Shown: positions 20,299-32,029, counted from the first letter of the stretch. The stretch is 64,000 bases of DNA from Chamaesiphon sp. (GCA_965246715.1 CBDFFH010000053.1:27306-91305); one strand, 5' to 3'. Made by a program: numbers and translations. The notes: generated from the letters alone by a model not told the origin.

Positions 20299-21891
20299 CT
20301 AATCCTTAGTTACGCCTTTATCTCGCAACCGTTTGGCAGTCTCTTCAGCCGTAGGAGCGGCGGGATTGAGTCGGTTGTGGCTGGCAGACTCTTCGAGCAG
20401 ATCGTGACGAGTATAGGCTTCATCTGGCTGCGGGTAGAGCGATGGATCGATCTGCAATCGATCGCGTGGTTCGAGCTGATACCAACCATACCAATTGCGG
20501 GCAACCAGCCACAGGATCGACATCAACCCAGCGATGCTTAAAATGATTCCCCGATAACCTAGCAGAAAGCCAAACACGGGCACGATCGCACCTGCAATTG
20601 TGCAAATTATTGCCGCGAGTGAAATCCGCCAGTTACCGCGACCCAGACCCCAGACTAAAGCTAAAAGGGCGATCGAAATCCCCCCCCAGACATACAGTGA
20701 CTCAGTCAGGCGACTGAAATAAGTTAGTGCAAACATCCCGGCAAAAAAAACAAACCCCGAGATGGCGATATTTGGCAAGCGCATCGGGATCGAAAAGCAT
20801 AACAACGTCACCCACCACAAGAAAATTCCCGGTGCAAGGACTAATAGCAGCGGTAATTTTCCAGTTGGAACGGCGACGGGCGCGGCAACGGATACCCCAA
20901 AAGGTTTTTGGACTGAGGCATTGCGATTGAATGCCCAGGTAAAGATTTTGCTATCGTCCTTTTTGACATCGACTTTGGTAGGCACGACACCGCTGACAAA
21001 ATCGATGCGGGGGACTTTAGTGACGATCGACATCCGGAAATTAGCCAGCGAGCCATCTTTGGCACTATAGACCCATTGGGGTGAGCCTTGAGCTAGATAG
21101 CTGACTCGCAATTTGCTGATGCTACCAGGAGCGATTTGGAGCGGGAAGTTATACTCACCAGGATTGGTCGCTGTCAATCTCTTACCATCGCGTTCGACGG
21201 TAAAGTTTTGGAGGAGCGAATATCCCGATGGTGGCGCGATTTTAAACGCAAATCGATCGGTCGTGCCGACGGGATTGGTAATTTGATAATCCCCTTTGAA
21301 ATCAATTAAATAATTATTGAGATCGCCAGTTTTGGTGGGGGTGGGAGTGATAACGACTTGGAGATTGGAACCGCTCACTGATGTCTGGCGCGTCACATCT
21401 TTTTTATCTTGGACTTTGACTAACTTGCCACCGAGTTGGGTGGTGTAGATATAAGGTTCCTGACTGGTATAAGTAACCTGGGGCGAAGCTTGTTGGACTA
21501 CTTCTTCACCAGCGATATCTGGTGTTTTCTGCGCCAATCGCGCTTGCTCCCAACTGCTCTGGCGATGGGCTAGCGTCGAACACAGTAAAAATCCCATCAG
21601 TAGTAGAATCGCGACTACGACTGTCTGCTGCAATCCCCGCAATAATTGAGCTGAGTGGATCGCCCAATCACCAAAGACAACATTGCGCTCTTGGGGCGAG
21701 TTGCGCATTGAAAAGTTGACTAAAGCCATGCCTGCACCCAAGCCGATCGCGAGGACAACAAAAATCGCGATTGCGATCGGTAATTGACTCGCAACCTGGT
21801 TCAGCGATTGCGGCTGAGTTAGATCCGGTAAGCCTGTCTGGGCGATCTGACAAGATCGCCCAAGTATATCTATATTAGTAACGATTGGCAT
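20299..21891 (-). CDS. Integral membrane protein (CreD-like architecture)
   Basis: Two N-terminal TMs, large beta-rich soluble domain, about six C-terminal TMs. Confidence 0.6.
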   Translation of the reverse strand: MPIVTNIDILGRSCQIAQTGLPDLTQPQSLNQVASQLPIAIAIFVVLAIGLGAGMALVNFSMRNSPQERNVVFGDWAIHSAQLLRGLQQTVVVAILLLMGFLLCSTLAHRQSSWEQARLAQKTPDIAGEEVVQQASPQVTYTSQEPYIYTTQLGGKLVKVQDKKDVTRQTSVSGSNLQVVITPTPTKTGDLNNYLIDFKGDYQITNPVGTTDRFAFKIAPPSGYSLLQNFTVERDGKRLTATNPGEYNFPLQIAPGSISKLRVSYLAQGSPQWVYSAKDGSLANFRMSIVTKVPRIDFVSGVVPTKVDVKKDDSKIFTWAFNRNASVQKPFGVSVAAPVAVPTGKLPLLLVLAPGIFLWWVTLLCFSIPMRLPNIAISGFVFFAGMFALTYFSRLTESLYVWGGISIALLALVWGLGRGNWRISLAAIICTIAGAIVPVFGFLLGYRGIILSIAGLMSILWLVARNWYGWYQLEPRDRLQIDPSLYPQPDEAYTRHDLLEESASHNRLNPAAPTAEETAKRLRDKGVTKD

Positions 21892-22057
21892 TGTAATTCC
21901 CTATAAAAGTTTAGTTATGTGCGAATTTCTCAGAGCTGCAAGGATCTGAGTGTAGCTTGCCAGTTGACGATCGCTCACTCGATCGCCTGAAAATTTTGTA
22001 TTTAATTTTACCACTGGCGTACCCGTACTGCCATGTACAGATTGGATGTACTCTAAA

Positions 22058-22915
22058 CTACACGGTTGATGGCTCGATAATTGTCGTGTGATAACTGCCA
22101 AAGTTCTTTACAGTTTCGGCATAGGCATCTAAGTCGGCGAGTGCGGATTTGAGTGCGCGACAATCGATGTCGGTTTCGATATCGATAAAAAATAAATAGT
22201 CACCCAGCGATCGCTTGCTCGGACGCGATTCGATCCGGCTCAAATTTAGACCTCGACTGGCAAAGAAGCCCAAAGCTGTCATCAAGCCGCCAGGAGCATT
22301 CGATCGCAAGCTAAATGCAACCGAAGTACAATTGCCAATGGGCGATGGTTGCAACCCGATCGCCCAAAATTTAGTTTGGTTATCTGGATAATCATTAATT
22401 GGATGGACTAGTACTGGGAGCTGATACAGCTTTGCCGCTCGTACCGAAGAAATTGCTGCTGCCTGCGGGAGATTTGCCAGGGTTTTGAGAGCTGCGGTAG
22501 TAGAATTTTCGGGAATCCGCATTGCTTGTGATAAATTCAGCTGCAACCATTCTTGACATTGACTCAGCGCTTGAGGATGAGAATAAACTGTCTGGATCTG
22601 GCGGATGTCGGTGGCAATTGAAATTAACGCGTGAGAGATCGGTAAAACGATTGCTTGTTGGATTTGCAGCGATGCTACTAGTTGCCAGGTAGTATCGAGC
22701 GTCATCGTGACACTGCCTTCGATCGAGTTTTCTACTGGCACGATCGCAAGTTCCACGTCTCCAGCGGCTACGGCTTTGAGTGTTTGGGCGATATTGGGAT
22801 ATGGCTGTAACCGGAAATCGTCACCGGAGATATATCGCTCGGCATAAGCTAAAGCTGCCGCTTCGGCATAAGTACCTGTCGGCCCCAAGTGGGCGATGGT
22901 TAAAGTCATAGCCAA
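22058..22915 (-). CDS. pheA: Prephenate dehydratase
   Basis: LGPTGTYAE, VPVENSIEGSV, SHPQALSQC, NQTKF, ACT domain NLSRIESRPSK. Confidence 0.95.
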   Translation of the reverse strand: MAMTLTIAHLGPTGTYAEAAALAYAERYISGDDFRLQPYPNIAQTLKAVAAGDVELAIVPVENSIEGSVTMTLDTTWQLVASLQIQQAIVLPISHALISIATDIRQIQTVYSHPQALSQCQEWLQLNLSQAMRIPENSTTAALKTLANLPQAAAISSVRAAKLYQLPVLVHPINDYPDNQTKFWAIGLQPSPIGNCTSVAFSLRSNAPGGLMTALGFFASRGLNLSRIESRPSKRSLGDYLFFIDIETDIDCRALKSALADLDAYAETVKNFGSYHTTIIEPSTV

Positions 22916-23205
22916 TTTACAATATTTTACTCAAGGCGATCTTTAATTTCAGGGTGCCGATCGTCGTGAAGATAGTGGCGCGTTCGATGCTCTCGGAGCA
23001 CGATCGATCTCAGCTATTTTAATTGGAAATCTCGATCGTGAGTGCGATAAAATTTTAGATAGGTTTATTTTAGCCTAACTAGCAGAAACTAACTAAAACC
23101 GCTGTGAGATTCTAATTTTTAGATATTTGTTAGCTCGATCGATTCGCTACAAAATCGATCGGTCAGCTTATTAAGATCGCTCGTTTAAATATTATTGCTG
23201 TACAT

Positions 23206-23790
23206 ATGTCAATTGTTAAATTTAGCGCAGATCGATCGGTGGAAATCGCCGTACCGAGCCAGCCTGTCCCCATTCAACATTATCTCCGTCAGCCGCATCG
23301 ATTGATTAGCGCTCTGGTCGATCCCAATCGCGTCAAGCAGGTGAGTGAGGATGAATTTTGCCTAACGATGCGGACGATTAGTTTTTGTGGATTTAATATT
23401 CAGCCGACAGTTTTTTTGCGGGTCTGGGTTGAGGCAGATGGTACTGTCAGAGTAGTTTCTACTAATTGTGAAATTCGTGGCATCGATTATATCGATCGGC
23501 GGTTTAGTCTTCAACTTATGGGTAAATTATCCCCTTACGAACGACAAGGGCAGATCTATCTCCAAGGACGTGCCGATCTCGAAGTCCAAGTCGATCTGCC
23601 GCCACCATTAAGTTTCACGCCGCAAGCGATCGTCGAATCAGCCGGAAATAGTTTGCTCAAAAGCATTCTGACTACTTTCAAGCAACGCTTGGGACATCAG
23701 TTAATTGCTGATTATGTTGCCTGGTCGCAGACTACCTCTGCACTCGATCCGCTCCCGATTTTAGACGGGAAATCGCTCGGGGAAATTTAA
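23206..23790 (+). CDS. DUF1997 family protein
   Basis: IQHYLRQPHRL, QPTV.LRVW, L.GRADLEVQVDLPPPL..TP. Confidence 0.85.
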   Translation: MSIVKFSADRSVEIAVPSQPVPIQHYLRQPHRLISALVDPNRVKQVSEDEFCLTMRTISFCGFNIQPTVFLRVWVEADGTVRVVSTNCEIRGIDYIDRRFSLQLMGKLSPYERQGQIYLQGRADLEVQVDLPPPLSFTPQAIVESAGNSLLKSILTTFKQRLGHQLIADYVAWSQTTSALDPLPILDGKSLGEI

Positions 23791-24426
23791 CGATCGATCG
23801 CCATTAGAAAGAACATGACAGGGACTAAATGACTGGCGATGTTCGCAGGTAATCCCATAGCGCTCGATCGCGCTTAAATGTTTGGCAGTACCATAGCCTT
23901 TATTATTGGCAAGATCGTACATTGGATAGACGAGCGCCAACTCGGATATCAATCGATCGCGCCACACCTTCGCTAGAATACTTGCAGCGGCAATCGAGAC
24001 CGCGCGATCTTCGCCTTTAACTAGAGTCTGTTGAGGAATATTTAAATTGGGAATCTCACGGTTGCCATCGACCAAGCATAATTCTGGGAGCGTTTCTAAT
24101 CCCAAAATCGCCCGATGCATCGCGACCAAACTTGCTTGCAGAATATTCAGCTCGTCGATTTCAGCAACTGTTGCCACGCCGATATGATACGCGATCGCGG
24201 CTTGATGGATTTGTGGCACCAACCGTTCGCGACGGCTGGCTGAGAGTTTTTTACTATCTTTGATGCCCCAATCAGCACACTCAGCAATAATTGCTTTGGG
24301 CAAAATTACTGCTGCTGCCACCACTACCCCAAATAATGCACCCCTACCGACCTCATCGATACCAGCGATGAGATCTGCTTGAGAGGTGAATTCATAACCG
24401 CTCGAGTGAGTTGGGGTAAGAGGCAT
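23761..24426 (-). CDS. rnhB: Ribonuclease HII
   Basis: AGIDEVGRGALFG, DSKKL, LVDGN, IAAASILAKVWRD, NKGYGT. Confidence 0.95.
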   Translation of the reverse strand: MPLTPTHSSGYEFTSQADLIAGIDEVGRGALFGVVVAAAVILPKAIIAECADWGIKDSKKLSASRRERLVPQIHQAAIAYHIGVATVAEIDELNILQASLVAMHRAILGLETLPELCLVDGNREIPNLNIPQQTLVKGEDRAVSIAAASILAKVWRDRLISELALVYPMYDLANNKGYGTAKHLSAIERYGITCEHRQSFSPCHVLSNGDRSLNFPERFPV

Positions 24427-24466
24427 GAGCAATAGCAAAAATAACCAAGCAGCTAAGAACTACCCC

Positions 24467-24594
24467 AATACTTCTCGGTTAAGAACTGCTAGCGACTGAA
24501 GTCGCCGCTAGTGAAGCCAAGTCCGGTTGTTGCCGCTCGCGGCAAAAGCCTGCCTACTCGGACTAACTAGTTTTTAGATTAACCGAGAAGTATT
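24467..24594. mobile_element. 128-bp MITE between rne and rnhB
   Basis: Perfect 16-bp IRs AATACTTCTCGGTTAA / TTAACCGAGAAGTATT. Confidence 0.8.
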
Positions 24595-24643
24595 AAGAAC
24601 TACTCTATTTTCACATATTCTGATCATCCACTTTAACTGTCGC

Positions 24644-26998
24644 TCAATCGATGACTGCTGACGATCTCCGTTTGCGGCGGCGATTTTCAGGAATTTCGGG
24701 AATTTCTACCAGTGGCTCTCCCATTGTTGCTAGTTCCTCAGTCTCGACCCGCTCGTCGCTAGCGGCTTCGAAAGCCTCGACTTGAGGAGTTAGATCCACT
24801 TCCGCCGTAGCTTCGTGTTCTGGCTCATTATCAGCGACACTCAGTTCTGACACGACCGGAATCTCAAAGTCTGGTGGATCGAACGTCGTTACCAGCGGTA
24901 GCTCCTCAGCTCGTTCTGACGCTGGAACTTCGTCGGCTACTACTGTGGAGTCAGCGAGCGCTTCATCGCGTTCGACTATCGATTCGGGGGGTAAAGATCC
25001 GATCGGGACGATATTAACGATTGCTGTTTTGGGATTTCTTAGCTCCCGTCCCAGCTTGATCGTTGGCGAAATACCCATCCAGGCATAGGTTTCCTTCTCT
25101 AGATCCGACATCTCGATCGCGACGACTTCGGGAGGTTCGATCGTCGGACGTGTTGGTTTGACACGTTGTGGTTTGTTGGGACGGTCGCGATCTTCGATCG
25201 CCTCTTCTGTCGGCAACACTTCTGGGATGAAGGCTTCGAGCGCGGGAGGATTAAAATTACTAAAGATCGAACTCGGCGCAGCGTTATCGCTAGTTACTGG
25301 CGCACCACTGCGATTATTGGGAACTGGGTAAGTTTCGCGACTGGGGCGAGCTTCGCTGCCAGCGCCACCACGACCTTTAACGACCCGATTGACTTCCCCA
25401 TTCGGGACGGGAGTGCGTTCGCCGCCGCCATTTGGGGTCGGACGCGGTACTACGCTGCGGACTTCTTCTTCGCGATCGCGGATGCGACGGCGGCGTTTTT
25501 TGCCAGTACCGTTTTGTTCTTGATAACTGGGGTGATTGACGAGATTGAAATCATCCTCACTCTCGACACCTTCTGGCTCGAACGTGTCCCAATTAGCCGC
25601 AGCGGGCTGACGCTCGGGTACGGGATTGCGCCGAGGGCCGGATCTGGGCAATCCGCGATGCGCTGGAGCGCTACTGTCGCTGCTGCGCGATCGATATTCG
25701 CGTTGGGGGGTCGTCGAAACTAGCGAAATGCCAACTGCTTCGCCATCGGCACCGTAGACAGTTTCCCCAGGAACATGAGCTAAGTGACCCAAACCGCCAC
25801 AAGTGGCACAGGTTTCGCCAAATAGTTCGTAAATATTTTGACCTTGACGTTTGCGGGTGAGTTCGACTAATCCAAGTTCGGATAACTGGGCGATTTGGGG
25901 TCTGGCTTTATCGACACGCAGTTGTTTATTAAAATGTTCGAGGACTTGCAGTTGGTCTTTGCGGTAATCCATATCGATAAAATCGATGATGATTACCCCA
26001 GCAATATTTCGCAATCTAAGCTGGCGGGCAATTTCGGTAGCGGCTTCGCAGTTCGTCCAGAGGACGGTTTCGCGGGAAGTATTCGATCGAGTGAACGAGC
26101 CAGAGTTGACATCGACGACAGTTAAGGCTTCGGTCGGTTCGATGATAATATAACCACCAGAAGGCAAATCTACTCTCGGCTTCAATGATTCGCGAATCGC
26201 AGCATTAACGCGGAAATATTCAAGAATTGGTTGGCGCTCACGATGGCGATCGACCACTACTCCTTGTGGCAATTGACCGTCATTCCAGCCTTGAAGTGTT
26301 TGTTTGACGCGTTTGAGTCCTTGCTCGGAGTCGACGACGATCCGATTGACCTCGGCCGAGTACATATCCCGCAGCACGCGCTGGATAAAATCATCATCCC
26401 GATTGAGCAGTGCTGGTGCGCGAGTAGTATTGGCATCCTGCTGGACGACTTCCCACTGTTTTTGGAGCAGTTCCAGATCTTCTAAGATCGCATCTTCGGT
26501 CGTCCCTTCGGCTTCAGTCCGCACCAAAATCCCCATGCCGGCTGGTTTGGCGAGAACGGCGAGGGCACGGAGACGATTGCGTTCGCCTTCGGAACGAATG
26601 CGGCGGGAGAGATTTACACCTTTGCCAAACGGAATCAATACCACATACCGACCGGGGAGACTGACATTACCTGTCAGCCGGGGGCCTTTATTTCCGGTCG
26701 GCTCCTTCATGATCTGCACCAACACTTTTTGTTGTGGTGCGAGTAGCTCGGTAATCGATCCAGAACTCCGTCTGAGCCGCAGTGGCCCTAAGTCGGTGAC
26801 GTGAATGAATCCATTGCGCGATGGGTCGCCGATGTTGATAAACGCAGCGTCAATCCCTGGCAACACATTTTCGACGATGCCAAGATAGATATCACTGACC
26901 TGATGTTGTCCGGTCGCTACTACCAATTCCTGAATTTGGTCTTCCCCAAATACGGCACCAATGCGGTGTTGCTCCGCAATAATTATTTGCTTTGGCAT
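24644..26998 (-). CDS. rne: Ribonuclease E
   Basis: S1 domain, KEPTGNKGPRLT, DVNSG, IIDFID, CATCGG; disordered C-half ending RRRKRRSSA. Confidence 0.96.
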   Translation of the reverse strand: MPKQIIIAEQHRIGAVFGEDQIQELVVATGQHQVSDIYLGIVENVLPGIDAAFINIGDPSRNGFIHVTDLGPLRLRRSSGSITELLAPQQKVLVQIMKEPTGNKGPRLTGNVSLPGRYVVLIPFGKGVNLSRRIRSEGERNRLRALAVLAKPAGMGILVRTEAEGTTEDAILEDLELLQKQWEVVQQDANTTRAPALLNRDDDFIQRVLRDMYSAEVNRIVVDSEQGLKRVKQTLQGWNDGQLPQGVVVDRHRERQPILEYFRVNAAIRESLKPRVDLPSGGYIIIEPTEALTVVDVNSGSFTRSNTSRETVLWTNCEAATEIARQLRLRNIAGVIIIDFIDMDYRKDQLQVLEHFNKQLRVDKARPQIAQLSELGLVELTRKRQGQNIYELFGETCATCGGLGHLAHVPGETVYGADGEAVGISLVSTTPQREYRSRSSDSSAPAHRGLPRSGPRRNPVPERQPAAANWDTFEPEGVESEDDFNLVNHPSYQEQNGTGKKRRRRIRDREEEVRSVVPRPTPNGGGERTPVPNGEVNRVVKGRGGAGSEARPSRETYPVPNNRSGAPVTSDNAAPSSIFSNFNPPALEAFIPEVLPTEEAIEDRDRPNKPQRVKPTRPTIEPPEVVAIEMSDLEKETYAWMGISPTIKLGRELRNPKTAIVNIVPIGSLPPESIVERDEALADSTVVADEVPASERAEELPLVTTFDPPDFEIPVVSELSVADNEPEHEATAEVDLTPQVEAFEAASDERVETEELATMGEPLVEIPEIPENRRRKRRSSAVID

Positions 26999-27862
26999 TC
27001 AATTTCCTCGAAAGTTAGCAGTACGTCAGGTCGCCTAGAATCGATCGGGGACGTGCGTTGCTGGTATGATGTAATATAATAATTTAGTCAATGTAGGCAA
27101 TTGCCAAGCGCGAGTGCCCGCTCCGATCGCGCGTCGAGTCAGTCTGGAAGTCGTTCTGGCACAAATACCGATCGACCGGACGAACGGTAAAGCTATTTGG
27201 TTGACATCCTGTGCGTCGCTGGGTGCGCTAACACCATGCTCGGAATTTAGATGTATAGCCACCGCTTGTCGCTCGGATCGCTATCTGCGATTGCTAGGCG
27301 TTCGCGCTGATGCTACCTATTGCCTGTAGTCTCAACTGGTGCCGATATGCTTGAAGGAAGCGATCGGACATCGCTGAAGCTAGTTAGTTGTACACAAACG
27401 TGGATCGACTGTCTAAACTTCAACAGATAAGCATCCACTCAATTTTCCCTCAATCTCCGACCCAAGTTACTCGATCTAGCAGTGAATCCTATTTCCACAG
27501 GAGTCGCTGCACTGGTGTAAAGAAGCTAACCGAAGAGCGTTCGCGAATAAAAAATTCGCGAACATCGGACTTAAATCTTCAGATGACATCACTGCGAGCG
27601 ATCCAACTCAGCAGGCTGTATCTTCTGTAGCTTCTTGAAATTAGGGCGAACTGGAGTGATATTCCGATCTTACCAATTCCCTAAATCTACCGTACTTAAT
27701 AGTTAAGTACGACGTTGTGGGTGTATCCAGAATCATGAAAAATTTGTCAAGTAAACAATCGCCGCCAGTGTGGATTACCAGAACACTCACAGTAGCCCAG
27801 CTTAACTTGTTCTACTTGTGAGGCGATCGCCCTCGGTTGAATTTAATTATACCTGCAAATTG

Positions 27863-29038
27863 TCACGATCTCAAAGCTAACTTACGCAGACTTTGGATCG
27901 TCTCGATCGTTGCCGTGGCGACTCGATCGATCTCTGCTGTAGTATTATTATGCCCGATTCCAAAGCGTAATGCTGCATAAGCTAGCGACTCAGATCTTCC
28001 CAGTGCCTGGAGGACGTGTGAAGGCGCAATTTTGGTAGAACTACAGGCTGCACCCGAGGCGAGCGCTACCGTCGGCTGCAACCCCAACAGCAGCGCATTA
28101 CCATCGACTCCCGCCACACTGATATTCAAGTTTCCCGCCAATCGCTGTGTCGGATGACCGTTGAGATAAATTCCTTCGATTTGACTCACTTGCGACCACA
28201 ATCGATCTCGTAGTGCCAACACATTAGGAATATTTACCTCACGCTCTGCTAATGCAATTTCGACAGCCTTGGCAAAGCCAACGATTTGGGGTGGATATAA
28301 AGTTCCGGATCGCATCCCGCGTTCGTGTCCGCCGCCATGCAGTTGCGGCGATAATTTGACCCGGGGATGGCGACGACGGACATATAGTGCGCCGATCCCT
28401 TTCGGGCCATAAACTTTGTGCGCTGTCAGCGACATCAAATCGATCTTTAATAAATTCACATCTAGCGGGATTTTGCCGATCGCTTGTGCTGCATCTGTAT
28501 GAAATAATATTTCTCGTTCTTTACAAATATTGCCAATTTCCGCCAATGGTTGCAAAACGCCAATTTCGTTATTTGCAGCCATAATCGAGACTAAGATCGT
28601 ATCGCTACGAATGGCATTTTTTAGTAGTGCTAAATCTAGCAAGCCATCGGTATTAACGGGTAAATAAGTAACTGTAAAACCTAAAGATTCGAGATATTGG
28701 CAGGGATCTAAAATCGCATTGTGTTCGGTTTGTAAGGTAATGATATGTCGACCCTTGCTGAAATAGGCTTCGGCAACACCTTTAAGTGCAAGATTATTGG
28801 CTTCTGTCGCTCCACTGGTAAAGACAATTTCGTCAGAACTCGCACCAATTGCCACGGCTAGGCTTTCCCGCGACTGGGCGACCGCTGCTTCTGCTTCCCA
28901 ACCATACTGATGCGTAATACTAGTAGGATTGCCAAAATGTTCGGTAAAATAAGGTAGCATTGCTGCTAACACGAGTGGATCTACTGGCGTAGTTGCATGA
29001 TGGTCGAGATAGATGGGACGATGCCGATCGGTTGACAT
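27863..29038 (-). CDS. iscS: Cysteine desulfurase (IscS/NifS class)
   Basis: IYLDHHATTP, FTSGATE, HTDAAQ, TAHKVYGPKG, RSGT, SGAACSS. Confidence 0.9.
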   Translation of the reverse strand: MSTDRHRPIYLDHHATTPVDPLVLAAMLPYFTEHFGNPTSITHQYGWEAEAAVAQSRESLAVAIGASSDEIVFTSGATEANNLALKGVAEAYFSKGRHIITLQTEHNAILDPCQYLESLGFTVTYLPVNTDGLLDLALLKNAIRSDTILVSIMAANNEIGVLQPLAEIGNICKEREILFHTDAAQAIGKIPLDVNLLKIDLMSLTAHKVYGPKGIGALYVRRRHPRVKLSPQLHGGGHERGMRSGTLYPPQIVGFAKAVEIALAEREVNIPNVLALRDRLWSQVSQIEGIYLNGHPTQRLAGNLNISVAGVDGNALLLGLQPTVALASGAACSSTKIAPSHVLQALGRSESLAYAALRFGIGHNNTTAEIDRVATATIETIQSLRKLALRS

Positions 29039-29350
29039 ATTTAGTGAAGGAGTTGACACGCTATTGCAAACTGGCAAAGATCTCTCACTGAAGGCAGAGT
29101 ATAAGTTCTATTATATGCGGCTCAGTGCTGACGACCCGCTCGGGCGATGCGATCGTGGTTAAATCAGAATGCGGTCGATCGTGTCATAATTAACAGCGAT
29201 CGCGCTGAGATCGTTTACTCCCTGGTTGAGATGTAGTTTTGGCCCGATCTCGACACCTAGTTGTCAGCTTGATCCTAACTGGCGATCGCCACTTGAGTTA
29301 ATCATTTCGGCTGCATGGCAATGCACCGCTACCACAAGTCTGAGGTTTAA

Positions 29351-30175
29351 ATGGGTACAGTCTCAACTAGTTGTGAATTTCAAGGTGTCGGGCTGCATTC
29401 TGGTGAGATTGCTACTGTCAAAATTTTGCCGACAGCCCCAGGAGCCGGACGGTATTTTGTGCGGACGGATTTACCCAATGCCCCCCAAATTCCGGCGCAG
29501 ATCGAGAGTGTCAGTCAGACGACACTCTCAACTGAGTTGACCGCCAATGGTGCTGCGGTGCGAACGGTAGAACATTTACTCGCCGCGCTAGCAGCTTTGG
29601 GCATCACCGATGCCCGGATCGAGATCGATGGGGCCGAATTACCGTTGCTAGATGGCTCGGCACTGGTATGGATTGAAGGTATCGTCAGAGCGGGATTCAA
29701 GCCCGTAACGGGCGATTTAGCCACCGCTGGGGTGCTAACTACCCCGGTGTGGATTCAACAAGACGATCTCTTTGTTGCGGCCTTGCCGTCGCCAGTCTTG
29801 CGATTTACCTATGGCATCGATTTTGATGTGGCTCCCATTGGCAATCAGTGGCACAGTTGGCAACCAGGGCGAGATGACTTTAGGACTGAAGTAGCGCCAG
29901 CGCGCACCTTTGGCTTGGCATACCAGATCGATCGACTGCGGGCAGCCGGACTGATTAAAGGCGGTAGTTTGGACAATGCACTAGTTTGTGACGATCACGA
30001 GTGGTTGAATCCGCCATTACGCTTCCCTAACGAACCAGCACGGCATAAACTATTAGACTTAATCGGCGATCTCAGTCTGCTGGGCAAATTTCCGCAAGCC
30101 CATTTTATTGCCTACAAAGCTAGCCACCAACTACATGTGCGATTAGCACAAAGGTTACACGAAATGGGATATTAA
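29351..30175 (+). CDS. lpxC: UDP-3-O-acyl-GlcNAc deacetylase
   Basis: [36 protein letters not shown]. Confidence 0.96.
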   Translation: MGTVSTSCEFQGVGLHSGEIATVKILPTAPGAGRYFVRTDLPNAPQIPAQIESVSQTTLSTELTANGAAVRTVEHLLAALAALGITDARIEIDGAELPLLDGSALVWIEGIVRAGFKPVTGDLATAGVLTTPVWIQQDDLFVAALPSPVLRFTYGIDFDVAPIGNQWHSWQPGRDDFRTEVAPARTFGLAYQIDRLRAAGLIKGGSLDNALVCDDHEWLNPPLRFPNEPARHKLLDLIGDLSLLGKFPQAHFIAYKASHQLHVRLAQRLHEMGY

Positions 30176-30376
30176 AGAGGGAAGCGCCGCTAAAATTGTT
30201 CGATCGACAAATAGCTTGCTGCCTGTCTCGTTGCGCTTCCAACTACGCATCGCTATTAACTTACCCCAATACCTACCACCCCCGAATCGCGAACTTATTT
30301 CCAATCTATATTTGGGACGAGAGCGAGCGACGGGGATCGAGAGCCAAAACATCTATCACCCACTAATACAGCGATA

Positions 30377-30940
30377 ATGTCCACTACCCTAAATCGATCT
30401 CAAAATACCAATACCGCGCATGTCCCTGATTCGTCAGAGGCGACACTAGCCGAACTCACACAACCGATCGTCTCTGTGCCCGAAGCCGCAGGCACCGTTC
30501 CAAAAACTACTTTTAATCTGCAAGAGATTCATAAGCTACTACCCCACCGTTATCCTTTTGCGCTCGTCGATAAAATCATCGACTTCGTACCGGGCGAAAA
30601 AGCAGTTGGCGTGAAAAATGTCACTTTCAACGAACCCTTTTTTCAAGGGCATTTTCCCGGACATCCACTGATGCCAGGTGTGATGATTATTGAAGCCATG
30701 GCTCAGGTTGGCGGGATCGTGCTGACTCAATTGCCAGACTACAGTGGCGGGTTATTTGTATTTAGAGGCATCGATGGCGTGAAATTTCGTCAGCAAGTGG
30801 TTCCTGGCGATCGATTAATTATGACAGTGGAACTCCAAGCGTTCAAACGTCGTCGCTTTGCTAAGATGCACGCTCGTGCTGAAGTCGATGGTCAACTAGC
30901 TACATCAGGGACATTGATGTTTGCGTTAGTGGAAGTGTGA
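30377..30940 (+). CDS. fabZ: 3-hydroxyacyl-ACP dehydratase
   Basis: [32 protein letters not shown]. Confidence 0.96.
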   Translation: MSTTLNRSQNTNTAHVPDSSEATLAELTQPIVSVPEAAGTVPKTTFNLQEIHKLLPHRYPFALVDKIIDFVPGEKAVGVKNVTFNEPFFQGHFPGHPLMPGVMIIEAMAQVGGIVLTQLPDYSGGLFVFRGIDGVKFRQQVVPGDRLIMTVELQAFKRRRFAKMHARAEVDGQLATSGTLMFALVEV

Positions 30941-31201
30941 AGAACAGTTGGCGATCGACGATAAGCAGATGAAAGTGGCAGCCTCAGCCAAAATTATGGG
31001 CACAATATATAGGTATCGACCGAATTGCGACAGCCCAATTGTTCGGAGGCTTGCACCATCGCCCATAGCAGCTAGCGATCCACCGAACTCGCAAGATGAT
31101 GGACGATTCTCTTTCACAGAGGCTATGCCAACGAAACGAGCAAAGCATCTGTATCCCAGATCGCCCAACCGCAGGAAAATGACAAGATGGCTGGAGTAGC
31201 A

Positions 31202-32029
31202 ATGTTAATGACACGAATTCATCCCACCGCTGTGGTGCATCCCGGTGCGGAACTCGATCCGACTGTGCAGGTTGGCCCATATGCGATTATTGGCGAAAAT
31301 GTAACGATCGGTGCTGGTACGACAATCGGCGCACATGCGGTAATCGAGGGGCCGACGATTATCGGCGTGGGCAATCAAATTTTTCCTGGAGCTGCGATTG
31401 GGTTAGATAGTCAAGATTTAAAATATAAAGGCGGCGAAACTTGGGTTAAAATCGGCAACTACAATCGGATCCGCGAATATGTAACGATCAACCGTGCCAC
31501 AGGCATCGGCGAAGCGACAACAATCGGCAATCATAATTTGTTAATGGCATACGTCCACGTCGCCCACAACTGCACGATCGAAGATAATGTCAAAATTGCC
31601 AATGCGACTTCTTTAGCTGGAGATGTGTATGTGGAGTCTGAAGCTGTCATCAGTGGAGTACTGGGCGTGCATCAGTTCGTTCGGATCGGTAGATTGTCGA
31701 TGATCGGTGGCATGACTAGAATCCAGCGCGACGTACCGCCATTTACGATCGTCGAAGGTACGCCAGCTAGAGTTAGGTCGCTTAATTTTGTCGGGTTGGA
31801 TCGATCTGGCTTTTTGCCTGAAGAAATTGCCGTTTTGAAGAAGGCTTTTCGCACCATTTATTACTCGCATAAAACGATCCTTCAAGCTTTAGACGATTTA
31901 GATTTATTTCCTCCCTACGATAGCATTCAACATCTGCAAAGATTTCTGAGATTATCGATCGAAGGTAAAAAAGACAACAAACGGCGCGGCCCGATTCCTG
32001 GTAAGTCTATTAATAATAAAAGTGAGTAA
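31202..32029 (+). CDS. lpxA: UDP-GlcNAc O-acyltransferase
   Basis: IHPTAVV hexapeptide repeats, QDLKY, HVAHNC, HQF, DVPPF; GGAG RBS before ATG 31202. Confidence 0.95.
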   Translation: MLMTRIHPTAVVHPGAELDPTVQVGPYAIIGENVTIGAGTTIGAHAVIEGPTIIGVGNQIFPGAAIGLDSQDLKYKGGETWVKIGNYNRIREYVTINRATGIGEATTIGNHNLLMAYVHVAHNCTIEDNVKIANATSLAGDVYVESEAVISGVLGVHQFVRIGRLSMIGGMTRIQRDVPPFTIVEGTPARVRSLNFVGLDRSGFLPEEIAVLKKAFRTIYYSHKTILQALDDLDLFPPYDSIQHLQRFLRLSIEGKKDNKRRGPIPGKSINNKSE

